The position numbers were made by a program, and so were the translations under genes. Below the pieces are notes generated by a model. That model was not told the origin of the DNA. It ran no database searches and saw only the letters and a list, made by a program, of their open reading frames with translations. From the NCBI GenBank assembly GCA_040752415.1, contig JBFMGU010000129.1:1-30016 (forward strand): a stretch of 30,016 bases of DNA. The letters are read 5' to 3'. Within the stretch, counting starts at the first letter, position 1, and the number at the start of each line of letters is the position of its first letter. Below are positions 1 through 7,710 of this stretch, piece by piece. Source of the DNA: Myxococcota bacterium (lineage in GTDB: Bacteria > Myxococcota > JACRCW01).

Positions 1-25
1 GCGGTAATCGTAGCAGCCGCGAATC

Positions 26-62
26 AAATGGGACCCGCGGTGGGATTTCCCGTTTTTCTTTC
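26..62 (+). terminator. Possible intrinsic terminator of an upstream, out-of-window transcript
   Basis: AAATGGGA...TCCCGTTT stem (one G-U pair) with an inner CCCGC/GTGGG pairing, running into a T-rich tract. Confidence 0.4.
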
Positions 63-88
63 TCAACCCAACAGCAAGGAGCACCACG

Positions 89-374
89 ACGGAACACGGA
101 AGAACGGAACGGAAAGACGGAAGGCGGAAGGCGGAAGGCAGGCGGTACCGAAGAGATGAGAAAGACGAAGCGGGTACCAGACGAGCCACGCCAAACGAGA
201 AAACTCGAGACAGGTACCAGCGACGCGACTCGCGCTCGCAACGCATACCCCTGTCCCGCTCCACGGGCTCACGACCCGGACACCCAGAAACGCGAAACGC
301 GGGCCACGAACCGGACACCTGGCGCCCCTCGCCGAAACGAAAAACCGAGATGGGTACCAGCGACGCGCCTCGCG
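89..374. repeat. Purine-rich low-complexity tract and degenerate direct repeats containing GGTACC
   Basis: CGGAA(G)-type tandem units at ~89-144; GGTACC at 144, 173, 213 and 353; GGTACCAGCGACGCG(A/C)CTCGCG at 213-234 and 353-374; CCGGACACC at 276 and 311. Confidence 0.7.
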
Positions 375-427
375 AACACAATGCATCCCGTCTGCTCTTT
401 CCGCCGACCTTCTGGCTCTCCGCCGAA

Positions 428-456
428 TTGACAGCGTGAGGCCGCGCCCATACACC
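428..456 (+). promoter_or_regulatory. Putative sigma70 promoter of the rib operon
   Basis: Perfect TTGACA (428-433), 17-nt spacer, weak -10 TACACC (451-456); ATG follows at 465. Confidence 0.5.
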
Positions 457-464
457 GCTCCCGC

Positions 465-1130
465 ATGTTCACCGGCCTTGTCGAGGACGTGGGCGAAGTG
501 GCGGCCGCCGAGCGACGCGCGGGCTCGCTCCGTCTCACCATCCGCACGCGGCTCCCCGTCGGCGAGATGGCGCTGGGAGACAGCGTGGCCGTGGACGGCG
601 CCTGTTACACCGTGGTGGCCCAGGGGGATTCCCGCTTCAGCGTGGACGTGGGCCCGGAGAGCCTGGAGCGCACCGTGGCCGGTGCCTACGTCGTGGGGAC
701 GCGTGTGAATCTGGAGCGCGCGCTGCAGGTGGGGGCCCGGCTGGGTGGACACTACGTGCTGGGTCACGTGGACGCGGTGGGCACCATCCGCAGCGTCCAG
801 CCGCGCGGTGACGCCGTTGACTACGCGGTGGCGGCTGCCGAGGAGGTCCTGGACCTCACCGTCCCCAAGGGCAGCGTCACCATCGACGGCATCAGCCTGA
901 CGGTCAACGCCGTCCACGACGGTGCCTTCCACGTCAGCATCATCCCGCACACGCAGGAGCACACCTCGCTGCGGGGCAAGGCGGTGGGCGCGCGGGTGAA
1001 TCTGGAGTCAGACATGCTGGCGCGGACGGTGATGTGGCTGTTGGAACGTCGTGGCGCGTTGCCCGTGCGGGCACCGGGGGAGGGCAGCGGCGTGACCGAG
1101 GAACTTCTCAAGCGCGCGGGTTTCATGTGA
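465..1130 (+). CDS. ribE: Riboflavin synthase (alpha chain)
   Basis: N-terminal MFTGLVE, GDSVAVDGACYTV, VNLERAL, GGHYVLGHVD, KGSVTIDGISLTV and VNLESD: two lumazine-binding repeats. Confidence 0.97.
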   Translation: MFTGLVEDVGEVAAAERRAGSLRLTIRTRLPVGEMALGDSVAVDGACYTVVAQGDSRFSVDVGPESLERTVAGAYVVGTRVNLERALQVGARLGGHYVLGHVDAVGTIRSVQPRGDAVDYAVAAAEEVLDLTVPKGSVTIDGISLTVNAVHDGAFHVSIIPHTQEHTSLRGKAVGARVNLESDMLARTVMWLLERRGALPVRAPGEGSGVTEELLKRAGFM

Positions 1131-2284
1131 GTGACAAGCTGATGGACAAGCAGGCGGTGACGGAGCGTGTGCAGACCGCGCTCCAGGAGCTTCGAGCCGG
1201 CAGGATGCTCATCCTGGTCGACGACGAGGATCGCGAGAACGAAGGTGACCTGGTGGCTGCGGCGGAGCTGTGCACGCCGGAGACCATCAAGTTCATGATG
1301 CACCACGCACGTGGGGAGTTCTGCCTGGCGCTCTCTCCCAAGAAGGCGGATGCGCTGAACCTGCCCCTCCAGGTCTCCGACCCGACGAGCCCGCGCGGCA
1401 CGGCATTCACCGTCACCATTGACGCTCGTGACGGCGGCACCGGCGTCTCCGCCGCGGACCGCGCGCTCACCTGCGTCACCGCGGCACGGCCGGACTGCAA
1501 GCCCGAGGAGCTGGTCCGTCCCGGACACATCCACCCGCTGCGCGCGCGGGAGGGCGGCGTGCTGGTGCGGACCGGCCACACCGAGGGCAGCGTGGACCTC
1601 ATGGCGCTGGCCGGACTTCAGCCCGCCGCGGTGATCATCGAGGTGGTGAAGGAAGATGGTGAGATGGCGCGCATGCCGGACCTGGAGCGGCTGGCGCGGG
1701 AGCAGGGGCTCAACATCCTCACCATTGAGGAGTTGGTGGCGTACCGGCTCATGCATGAGTCGCTGGTGAGGCAGGTGGCGGACCACGAGGTTGACACGCG
1801 CTGGGGACGCTTCCGCGCCGTGGCGTTCGAGGGCGTGGTGGACCAGCGTGAGGCCCTGGCGCTCATCAAGGGAGACCCGCTGAAGGCGGAAGTTCCCCTG
1901 GTGCGGGTGCACTCTGGCGGCGGGATGGCGGATGTGTTCCCGGGTGTCGTCGGAGACAGCGGGGAGAAGCTGGACCGCTCCCTGGCCGCGCTGGCCAAGC
2001 AGCCCGCGGGGGTCTTCCTCTACCTGCCGCAGGAGCACGCCACCGGACGCCTCTCCGAGCTGTTGCGCCAACACGCCGTGGGCAGGAACCGTGTCGAGGG
2101 CGTGACGCCGGACCGCATTCCCGGAGGGACCGCCAGTCAGGGCATGCGCCACTACGGGATTGGCGCGCAGGTGCTCCGGCAGCTGGGGCTCACGCGCATC
2201 CGGCTGATGAGCAACACCCCCGCGCGCTTCAAGGGCATCCACGGCTTTGGCCTGGACATCGTGGAGGTGGTGCCCATTCCGTGA
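1127..2284 (+). CDS. ribBA: 3,4-dihydroxy-2-butanone-4-phosphate synthase fused to a degenerate GTP cyclohydrolase II domain (RibBX-like)
   Basis: DEDRENEGDL, TAFTVTID, GVSAADR, RPGHIHPL and GHTEGSVDL motifs; C-terminal domain has VRVHS and YGIGAQVL. Start set at GTG 1127 overlapping the ribE stop (alternative ATG 1142). Confidence 0.93.
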   Translation: MSDKLMDKQAVTERVQTALQELRAGRMLILVDDEDRENEGDLVAAAELCTPETIKFMMHHARGEFCLALSPKKADALNLPLQVSDPTSPRGTAFTVTIDARDGGTGVSAADRALTCVTAARPDCKPEELVRPGHIHPLRAREGGVLVRTGHTEGSVDLMALAGLQPAAVIIEVVKEDGEMARMPDLERLAREQGLNILTIEELVAYRLMHESLVRQVADHEVDTRWGRFRAVAFEGVVDQREALALIKGDPLKAEVPLVRVHSGGGMADVFPGVVGDSGEKLDRSLAALAKQPAGVFLYLPQEHATGRLSELLRQHAVGRNRVEGVTPDRIPGGTASQGMRHYGIGAQVLRQLGLTRIRLMSNTPARFKGIHGFGLDIVEVVPIP

Positions 2285-2338
2285 GTCCTGCGCTATGAGG
2301 GGTCCCCCCATTTCAGGCGGGAAGGAGCACTTTGCACC

Positions 2339-2827
2339 ATGGCAGCTGCAGACGGACCCGAGGTCATTGAAGGCAACCTGGTGGCCACGGGCCTCAAGCT
2401 GGGTCTGGTGAGCGCGCGCTTCAACAGCTTCGTGGGGCAGCGCCTGGAGTCGGGCGCCATTGACGCCTTCGTGCGTCACGGCGGGCGCGCGCAGGACATC
2501 ACCGTGGTGCGCGTGCCGGGTTGCTTTGAGATTCCCGGCGCGGCGCGCAGGCTGGTGGCGACGGGGAAGTTCAACGCGGTGGTCTGCCTGGGCGTGGTCA
2601 TCCGCGGCGGCACCCCGCACTTTGACTACGTGGCCAACGAGGTGGCCAAGGGTGTCGGGCAGCTGGCCATGACCGCGGACATCCCCGTGGCCTTTGGCGT
2701 CCTCACCTGTGACACCCTGGAGCAGGCCATTGACCGCGCCGGTGCCAAGCACGGAAACAAGGGCGCGGAAGCGGTCCTGGCCGCCGTGGAGACGGCGCAG
2801 GTCTACCAGCAGCTGGGCAAGCGCTGA
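2339..2827 (+). CDS. ribH: 6,7-dimethyl-8-ribityllumazine synthase
   Basis: ARFNSFV, VPGCFEIP, IRGGTPHFDYVA, FGVLTCDT and GNKG motifs; AAGGAG RBS. Confidence 0.97.
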   Translation: MAAADGPEVIEGNLVATGLKLGLVSARFNSFVGQRLESGAIDAFVRHGGRAQDITVVRVPGCFEIPGAARRLVATGKFNAVVCLGVVIRGGTPHFDYVANEVAKGVGQLAMTADIPVAFGVLTCDTLEQAIDRAGAKHGNKGAEAVLAAVETAQVYQQLGKR

Positions 2828-2839
2828 GGAGCACGCGAG

Positions 2840-3262
2840 ATGGCTGTGGGTCGGCAGGAGCGCGAGATTGCCATCCAGATCCTCTACCAGCTGGAGGATC
2901 CGAACGGCGCGTTGCCAACACTTCCGGACGCCGGGATTGAGGCGTTCTTCCAGAACTTCGAGCATGAGCAGGCCGCGCGCGACGAGGCCACCGCGCTGGT
3001 GCGCGGCGTGTGTCACCGCAGCGGTGAGCTGGACACCCTCATCGAGAAACACAGCACGCGCTGGCGCATCAACCGCATGGCCAAGGTGGACCGCAACGTG
3101 CTGCGCCTGGCCGCGTACGAGCTGGTGGTTCGCGCGGAAGTGCCGGTGCGCGTGGTGCTCAACGAGGCGGTGGAGTTGGGCAAGCGCTTTGGCAGCGAGA
3201 ACAGCTCCGCGTTCATCAACGGCGTGCTGGACCCGGTGGCCAAGGAGGTCCGTCCGTCGTGA
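2840..3262 (+). CDS. nusB: Transcription antitermination factor NusB
   Basis: WRINRMAKVDRNVLRLA, NEAVELGKRFG and FINGVLD motifs; canonical position after ribH; GAGGAG RBS. Confidence 0.96.
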   Translation: MAVGRQEREIAIQILYQLEDPNGALPTLPDAGIEAFFQNFEHEQAARDEATALVRGVCHRSGELDTLIEKHSTRWRINRMAKVDRNVLRLAAYELVVRAEVPVRVVLNEAVELGKRFGSENSSAFINGVLDPVAKEVRPS

Positions 3263-3780
3263 GCAAGCGGTCGGACAAGGCCGGCGAGCCCAAGGTCCGA
3301 CCGGCCGCGGCACCCAAGCCGCAGGATGCTTCGCGTGGCGTGGGTCGCATCAAGGCGGCCACGCATGCTTCCCTGGCCGCGCTGGACGCTTTGGAGGTGG
3401 ATTCCCTGGTCCTGGTGCTGCCCGAGGACGAAAGGCCGCTCCTGGGCGCCGCGGGCCTCCTGGATTGGCGCATGTGCGGCTGGCTGAGTCGAACGGTGCT
3501 GGCAGGGACGGTGAAGGGCCTGCGCAGTGAGCGCGTGCTGACCCACGCCAGTGGGCGGGTGCCCGTGCAGCGCGTGTTCGTGTTTGGCGGCGGGCCCAAG
3601 CAGGAGATGGCGCGCAACCTGCCCGCGCTGATTCCGGAGATTGCGCGCGTGGTGGCGGATGCGGGGAGCGAGAAGGTCGCTCTCTCGTCGGGATGTGCGC
3701 CGCAGGTCACGTTGGAAGCGCTGGAGGGCGCGCCGCGGGAGCTGTTGGACCGTCTCCACGTCGTGTTTGACGAGGGCTGA
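3259..3780 (+). CDS. Stand-alone M17 (leucyl aminopeptidase) N-terminal-domain-like protein
   Basis: DERPLLGAAGLLDWRMCGWLS motif; GTGA overlap with the nusB stop; no catalytic domain. Confidence 0.7.
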   Translation: MSKRSDKAGEPKVRPAAAPKPQDASRGVGRIKAATHASLAALDALEVDSLVLVLPEDERPLLGAAGLLDWRMCGWLSRTVLAGTVKGLRSERVLTHASGRVPVQRVFVFGGGPKQEMARNLPALIPEIARVVADAGSEKVALSSGCAPQVTLEALEGAPRELLDRLHVVFDEG

Positions 3781-3839
3781 GCCTCAACTGGATGCCTTTC
3801 CGTTGTGGCTGACCGCGTCAGCGGAGCGGTGGCGGCGCG

Positions 3840-4409
3840 TCAGAGGTCCGGGAGCAAGGCACGGACTTCCTGCGTCAATCCCAGATAGTTCGCCCAGTGC
3901 CTGAGGTACTCCAGGTCAAGCCGCTGGCCATAGATCGCGACGATTCGGCCGGCGTCCCCCAGGTCATGAGGCCGGCCCGCGAGGACCTTCATCAGGAGGA
4001 GGTCCTCCGGCGTTGCGGTGGCGATGGTCGTGGATTCAAGGCCCCGGATCTGACGGCGTGAGAGCACGCTGGCGTAGAATGGGTCGGAGTTGAACAGCAG
4101 GACGATCATCAACGGCTCCCCGTCGGCGTCTGCTGCCCACAATCGCGTCATCTGGCTGTGGAGCAGCCGCTGGACCTCCTCCGCGTTCACCGCGAATCCC
4201 CGCGCTTTGGCTTCGCGAAGGAGCGCGTCCAATCCGCTGGCCTGGATGTCCACCACGAAGTCGGCGTCCTTGGTCGCGCGCGGCTCCACCAGCGCACCGA
4301 CCGCCATCCCACCGATCAATGCATGAGCCACCTTGAGGTCATCCAGCATCTCGACCAACGGCGGAATGGCCGGCGTGATCAACTCCGAGGAGCGTTTGGA
4401 GCGGGTCAT
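3840..4409 (-). CDS. Nucleotidyltransferase, MenT1/DUF6036-like putative toxin
   Basis: ALIGGMAV...EPRATKDADF (GG..A, TxDxD), ATPEDLLLMK...RPHDLGD and LDLEYLRHWA; ATGA overlap with the upstream small gene. Confidence 0.82.
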   Translation of the reverse strand: MTRSKRSSELITPAIPPLVEMLDDLKVAHALIGGMAVGALVEPRATKDADFVVDIQASGLDALLREAKARGFAVNAEEVQRLLHSQMTRLWAADADGEPLMIVLLFNSDPFYASVLSRRQIRGLESTTIATATPEDLLLMKVLAGRPHDLGDAGRIVAIYGQRLDLEYLRHWANYLGLTQEVRALLPDL

Positions 4410-4699
4410 CCGGCGTTCCGGGCACGGAGCCGCTCCTGCATCCGCAGCAGTGACCGTTCGTGCTCAAGCCGCCGGTTGTCATCCTCCCTTTGGAGCTCGG
4501 CCTCCACCGCGCTCGGGTCGTGGAGCTCGCCCTCGAGGACGGCGCGACGCAACTTCATTCCGTCACGATAGAGGCGCTGACAGAGGTCAATGGCGGTGAG
4601 GGCGTCACGGACGGTGTGCGTCTGGAGGCGGATGGCCTGCTTCTCCTGCCCCACCATGGCCAATTGGCGCCTCAGCGCCATTCCACGCGGCTCCAACAT
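4406..4699 (-). CDS. Small helical protein, putative MenA1-like antitoxin
   Basis: ~97 aa, translationally coupled to the NTase; segment AIDLCQRLYRDGMKLRRAVLEGELHDPSAVEAEL resembles MenA1-type antitoxins (by recall). Start ATG 4699 or GTG 4705. Confidence 0.65.
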   Translation of the reverse strand: MLEPRGMALRRQLAMVGQEKQAIRLQTHTVRDALTAIDLCQRLYRDGMKLRRAVLEGELHDPSAVEAELQREDDNRRLEHERSLLRMQERLRARNAG

Positions 4700-4705
4700 G
4701 GCCAC

Positions 4706-4714
4706 ATGATAGCA
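4706..4714 (-). promoter_or_regulatory. Putative extended -10 promoter (TGCTATCAT) for the TA pair
   Basis: The minus strand reads TG-C-TATCAT, then GTGGCC, then ATG 4699; no SD sequence, consistent with a leaderless mRNA. Confidence 0.5.
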
Positions 4715-4755
4715 CCGGGGCCGCGGTCGGTCCGCAACCGTCGTCGCGGAAATCC

Positions 4756-6891
4756 CTAACGTCGCCGCAGCTCCCTCTGCACCAGCGCCGCAAGCTGGTC
4801 CGCGTCGGCGGAGCGCGCGAACAGGTTGTGCTTCTCCAACGGGTCCTGCTGCAGGTCAAACAGGAAGTACCGGCTCCCGCGCTTCCGGTAATACAGCTTC
4901 TGCTCGCCAATCAGCGCCAGCATGCTGCCGGGCTTGCACCCCTCGGACAGCACCTTGCGTGTCGACGAGGACCTCTCTCCGCGCGTCACCACCCCCGCCA
5001 GCGACATTCCCAGCGGCTCCGCGCCCGTCCACCGCCCACCAACCAGCTCCAGCAGGGTGGGCCCCACGTCCAGGAGAGAAACCGGCCCAGGCACCACCTG
5101 CGACTGGATGCCTCGCCCGGCGATGATGAGCGGTACGCGGATCTCCTCCTCGTGGAGGCTGTTTCCGTGCAGGCGCGTGCCGTGCTCACCAAAGGCCTCA
5201 CCATGGTCCGCCAGCACCACCACGACGGTGCGCTCCATGGCCCCGCTGTCCCGCAGCTGCTTCAGGATGCGCCCCACGTGCTGGTCAATGTAGCCAATCT
5301 CCTGGTCATAGAGCCCGCGCGCGTCGCGACCGAAGCCGCCGAATCCCGGGTGCGGCTCATACGGGAAATGCGCGTCGATGAAGTGGACCCACCACAGCCT
5401 GGGCTTCTCTCCGCGCGGCTCCTTGATGGCCACCAGTGCGTTGTCGGCCAGCGCTTCCGCGTAGTGGAAGGTTCCGTCGAACTTCTCGAAGCCGCGCTCG
5501 ATGCCCTTGAGGTAGTTGCCGATGACGGGGATCAGCCCGCGCGTCCTGTACCCGGCGGCACGGAAGCGTGAGGCCAGCGTGGAGAGGCGTGAGGGGAGGG
5601 TGAAGACGTCGCCGTCGCGGGTGATGCCGGGGATGCGCACGGGGAGCTGGCTGGTGATCATCCCCGTGAATGACGACGAGGAACACGGCCCGGAGGAATA
5701 CGCGCGGTCAAAACGCGTCCCCTGCGCGGCCAGCATGTCCAGGTTGGGAGAGGTGCGGTTGCGCGTGTAGCCGTAGGCGCCCAGGTGGTCCGCGCGCAGC
5801 GTGTCGACGGAGATGATGAGCACGTCGGGACGGGGCTGCTCGGCGACGGCGGGAATCTCCGCGGCTTGCGGAGCGGGGGCTTCCTCGGGCTCCTCCGCAT
5901 CCTCCTCACGCGTGGCGGCGATTTCCGTGGACGTGGGCTCCGCCTCCGACGTCACCACGGCTTCCTGGCTGCCCTCCGCCTCAGGATCCGCGTCCGTCTC
6001 CGGCTCGGGCGGGGAGAGCGCCAGGTAGATCATCGCGGCGGCGTCGCTGCCCTCGAACATGCCTTCCCGCGTGGCCAGGTCCGACGACGTCATCCATGTG
6101 GCAAACGCCGCGCCCGCCACCACCATGGCGCCCACGGCGGGCACCACCGGCGCGGCGCTGAACCCGTCGACCACGCGCTGGCCCACGCGCGTCAGCGACA
6201 CCGCCAGTGCCACCGCGGTGAGGAGGAGGAGCGCGGCGCCGTAGAAGATGGGCGTGAGGTTGGAGGCGTAGAGGAAGTTGTAGAGCACCTGCCACGCCGC
6301 AATCACCGCGCCCAGCAGGTTGAAGCCCACCACCGCCAGCAGCGAGGGGAGGGACACCAGGCCCAGTTGTCGACGGAGGACGTGTTCCCGCAGACCCAGC
6401 AGGACACCCAGCGCACCCCGCACCGCGGGCGCAATCCCGACGAGAAACACCGCCAGGATCACAGCCAACAGGGGCATGGCCAACGCCGCCAACATGGGCT
6501 TGACGATGCGGTGCGAAGCCTCCCGCACCAGCAGCGTGGTGCCCGCGAACCAGATGCCGGACATGAGCAACGTCGTGATGGCGCCGGAGACACGCCGCGT
6601 CTCGCTTTCCCGGTCCAGCACGCGGAAGATGCGCCCCACGCGCTCGCCCAACTCGTCCAGCGGGTGCTCGCCCAGGTACCCGGCGAGCGCCACCGCCATC
6701 CACAGGCCCAGCGTCATGCCGCCGGCAAGGAGGAACGCCGCGGTGACCAGGCCGCCCCAGGGACTCCCCGGCTGCTCGTCGACGCCGATGGCCACGCGCA
6801 CGCCGTCCACCACCGCAATGCACGCGGAGGCCGCCAGGGCCGCCATGAGCCCGGCACAGAAGTTCCGCCATGCGTTGCGCCAAGCGTCCAT
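4756..6891 (-). CDS. Multi-TM membrane protein with a C-terminal sulfatase-like (alkaline phosphatase superfamily) domain
   Basis: ~290 aa hydrophobic N-terminal region, acidic Glu/Pro/Ala linker, then ISVDTLRADH, HFIDAHFPY, ADHGE, HG..LHEE...VPL and SLLDVGPTLL. Confidence 0.88.
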   Translation of the reverse strand: MDAWRNAWRNFCAGLMAALAASACIAVVDGVRVAIGVDEQPGSPWGGLVTAAFLLAGGMTLGLWMAVALAGYLGEHPLDELGERVGRIFRVLDRESETRRVSGAITTLLMSGIWFAGTTLLVREASHRIVKPMLAALAMPLLAVILAVFLVGIAPAVRGALGVLLGLREHVLRRQLGLVSLPSLLAVVGFNLLGAVIAAWQVLYNFLYASNLTPIFYGAALLLLTAVALAVSLTRVGQRVVDGFSAAPVVPAVGAMVVAGAAFATWMTSSDLATREGMFEGSDAAAMIYLALSPPEPETDADPEAEGSQEAVVTSEAEPTSTEIAATREEDAEEPEEAPAPQAAEIPAVAEQPRPDVLIISVDTLRADHLGAYGYTRNRTSPNLDMLAAQGTRFDRAYSSGPCSSSSFTGMITSQLPVRIPGITRDGDVFTLPSRLSTLASRFRAAGYRTRGLIPVIGNYLKGIERGFEKFDGTFHYAEALADNALVAIKEPRGEKPRLWWVHFIDAHFPYEPHPGFGGFGRDARGLYDQEIGYIDQHVGRILKQLRDSGAMERTVVVVLADHGEAFGEHGTRLHGNSLHEEEIRVPLIIAGRGIQSQVVPGPVSLLDVGPTLLELVGGRWTGAEPLGMSLAGVVTRGERSSSTRKVLSEGCKPGSMLALIGEQKLYYRKRGSRYFLFDLQQDPLEKHNLFARSADADQLAALVQRELRRR

Positions 6892-6930
6892 GCGTCGTGG
6901 AAAACGTAGTCCACCCCGCCGGACCGCTGT

Positions 6931-7710
6931 CTACTTTGAGGCCGCTCTCCGGATCTCCAGATCGACGACCAACGGGAGATGGTCCGACGCTGACGACATC
7001 GCCGCACGGCTCCCGAGCACCCGCACCTCGCCGGCGCCTTTCACGTGCCAGACGTGGTCGATGGCGCGCGTTGGCTCCGGGGTGGGATGTGTCTTGTGGT
7101 CTCCGGACAGACGTGTGGCCACCGCGCCCAGCGCCCCCAACGGCTCGGAGCCGGGCTCGCAGTTGAAGTCGCCGAGCAGCAGCGTGGGAAGGCCGGGGGA
7201 GCGCACCCAGTCGCGCAGCGCGTGCGCCTGGTCTCGTCGGAGACGGGGTGGATCCTTGACGCGCCAGTCCGCCGCCAGGTGTGTGTTGATCACCGTGACC
7301 GGCATCCCGCGGATGACTGTCTGGGCGCGCATGGCAATGCGGGGCTCCTCCTGGAGCTGGCGGGGGAGTCGGAGCACTTCCACGTCGGTGAGCTCCTCGC
7401 GGGAGAGCAGGGCGATGCCGTATTCACCGCCCTCGTACGGCATGGCCGCGGCAAAACGCGCCTTCATGCCCAGCGCCTTCGCCAGCGCCTCCGGTTGGTC
7501 CACCACGCCGCTGCGGAGCGTGCGCAGGTCCACCTCCTGGAGCGCCACCACGTCGGGCTCCAACGTCCGCAACGTCGCCAGCACACCATCCATCCCGCTG
7601 GAGAGCGCCTGGATGTTCCAGCTCACCACCCGCGCGCGGACCGTTGACGGCGGCGCCGGCGCGGTGGCCACGACCGCGAGCGCAACCACAACCGTTGCGA
7701 GGATGCGCAT
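6931..7710 (-). CDS. Exported endonuclease/exonuclease/phosphatase (EEP) family protein
   Basis: Signal-like MRILATVVVALAVVA; SWNI, DVVALQEVD, NTHL, GDFN, IDHV and SDHLP motifs; ATG overlaps the cysE stop (the ORF-track start at 8127 is too long). Confidence 0.9.
   Translation of the reverse strand: MRILATVVVALAVVATAPAPPSTVRARVVSWNIQALSSGMDGVLATLRTLEPDVVALQEVDLRTLRSGVVDQPEALAKALGMKARFAAAMPYEGGEYGIALLSREELTDVEVLRLPRQLQEEPRIAMRAQTVIRGMPVTVINTHLAADWRVKDPPRLRRDQAHALRDWVRSPGLPTLLLGDFNCEPGSEPLGALGAVATRLSGDHKTHPTPEPTRAIDHVWHVKGAGEVRVLGSRAAMSSASDHLPLVVDLEIRRAASK

Noticed and set aside
1..60. Possible FMN riboswitch fragment (GCGGTAA...AGCCGCGA...GGTG..ATTTCC) upstream of rib genes
   Set aside because: The conserved downstream elements (AGCCGACGGT, AGTCCGGATG) are absent and it lies ~400 nt from ribE; it fits a plain hairpin or terminator better
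140..374. CRISPR array
   Set aside because: Repeats are degenerate, few and irregularly spaced; there are no cas genes
63..547. ORFs 63-962(-), 156-431(+) and 269-547(-)
   Set aside because: They translate low-complexity repeat DNA or the antisense of ribE, with no recognisable motifs
821..3313. 830-aa minus-strand ORF
   Set aside because: Antisense shadow of ribBA-ribH-nusB, typical of high-GC DNA
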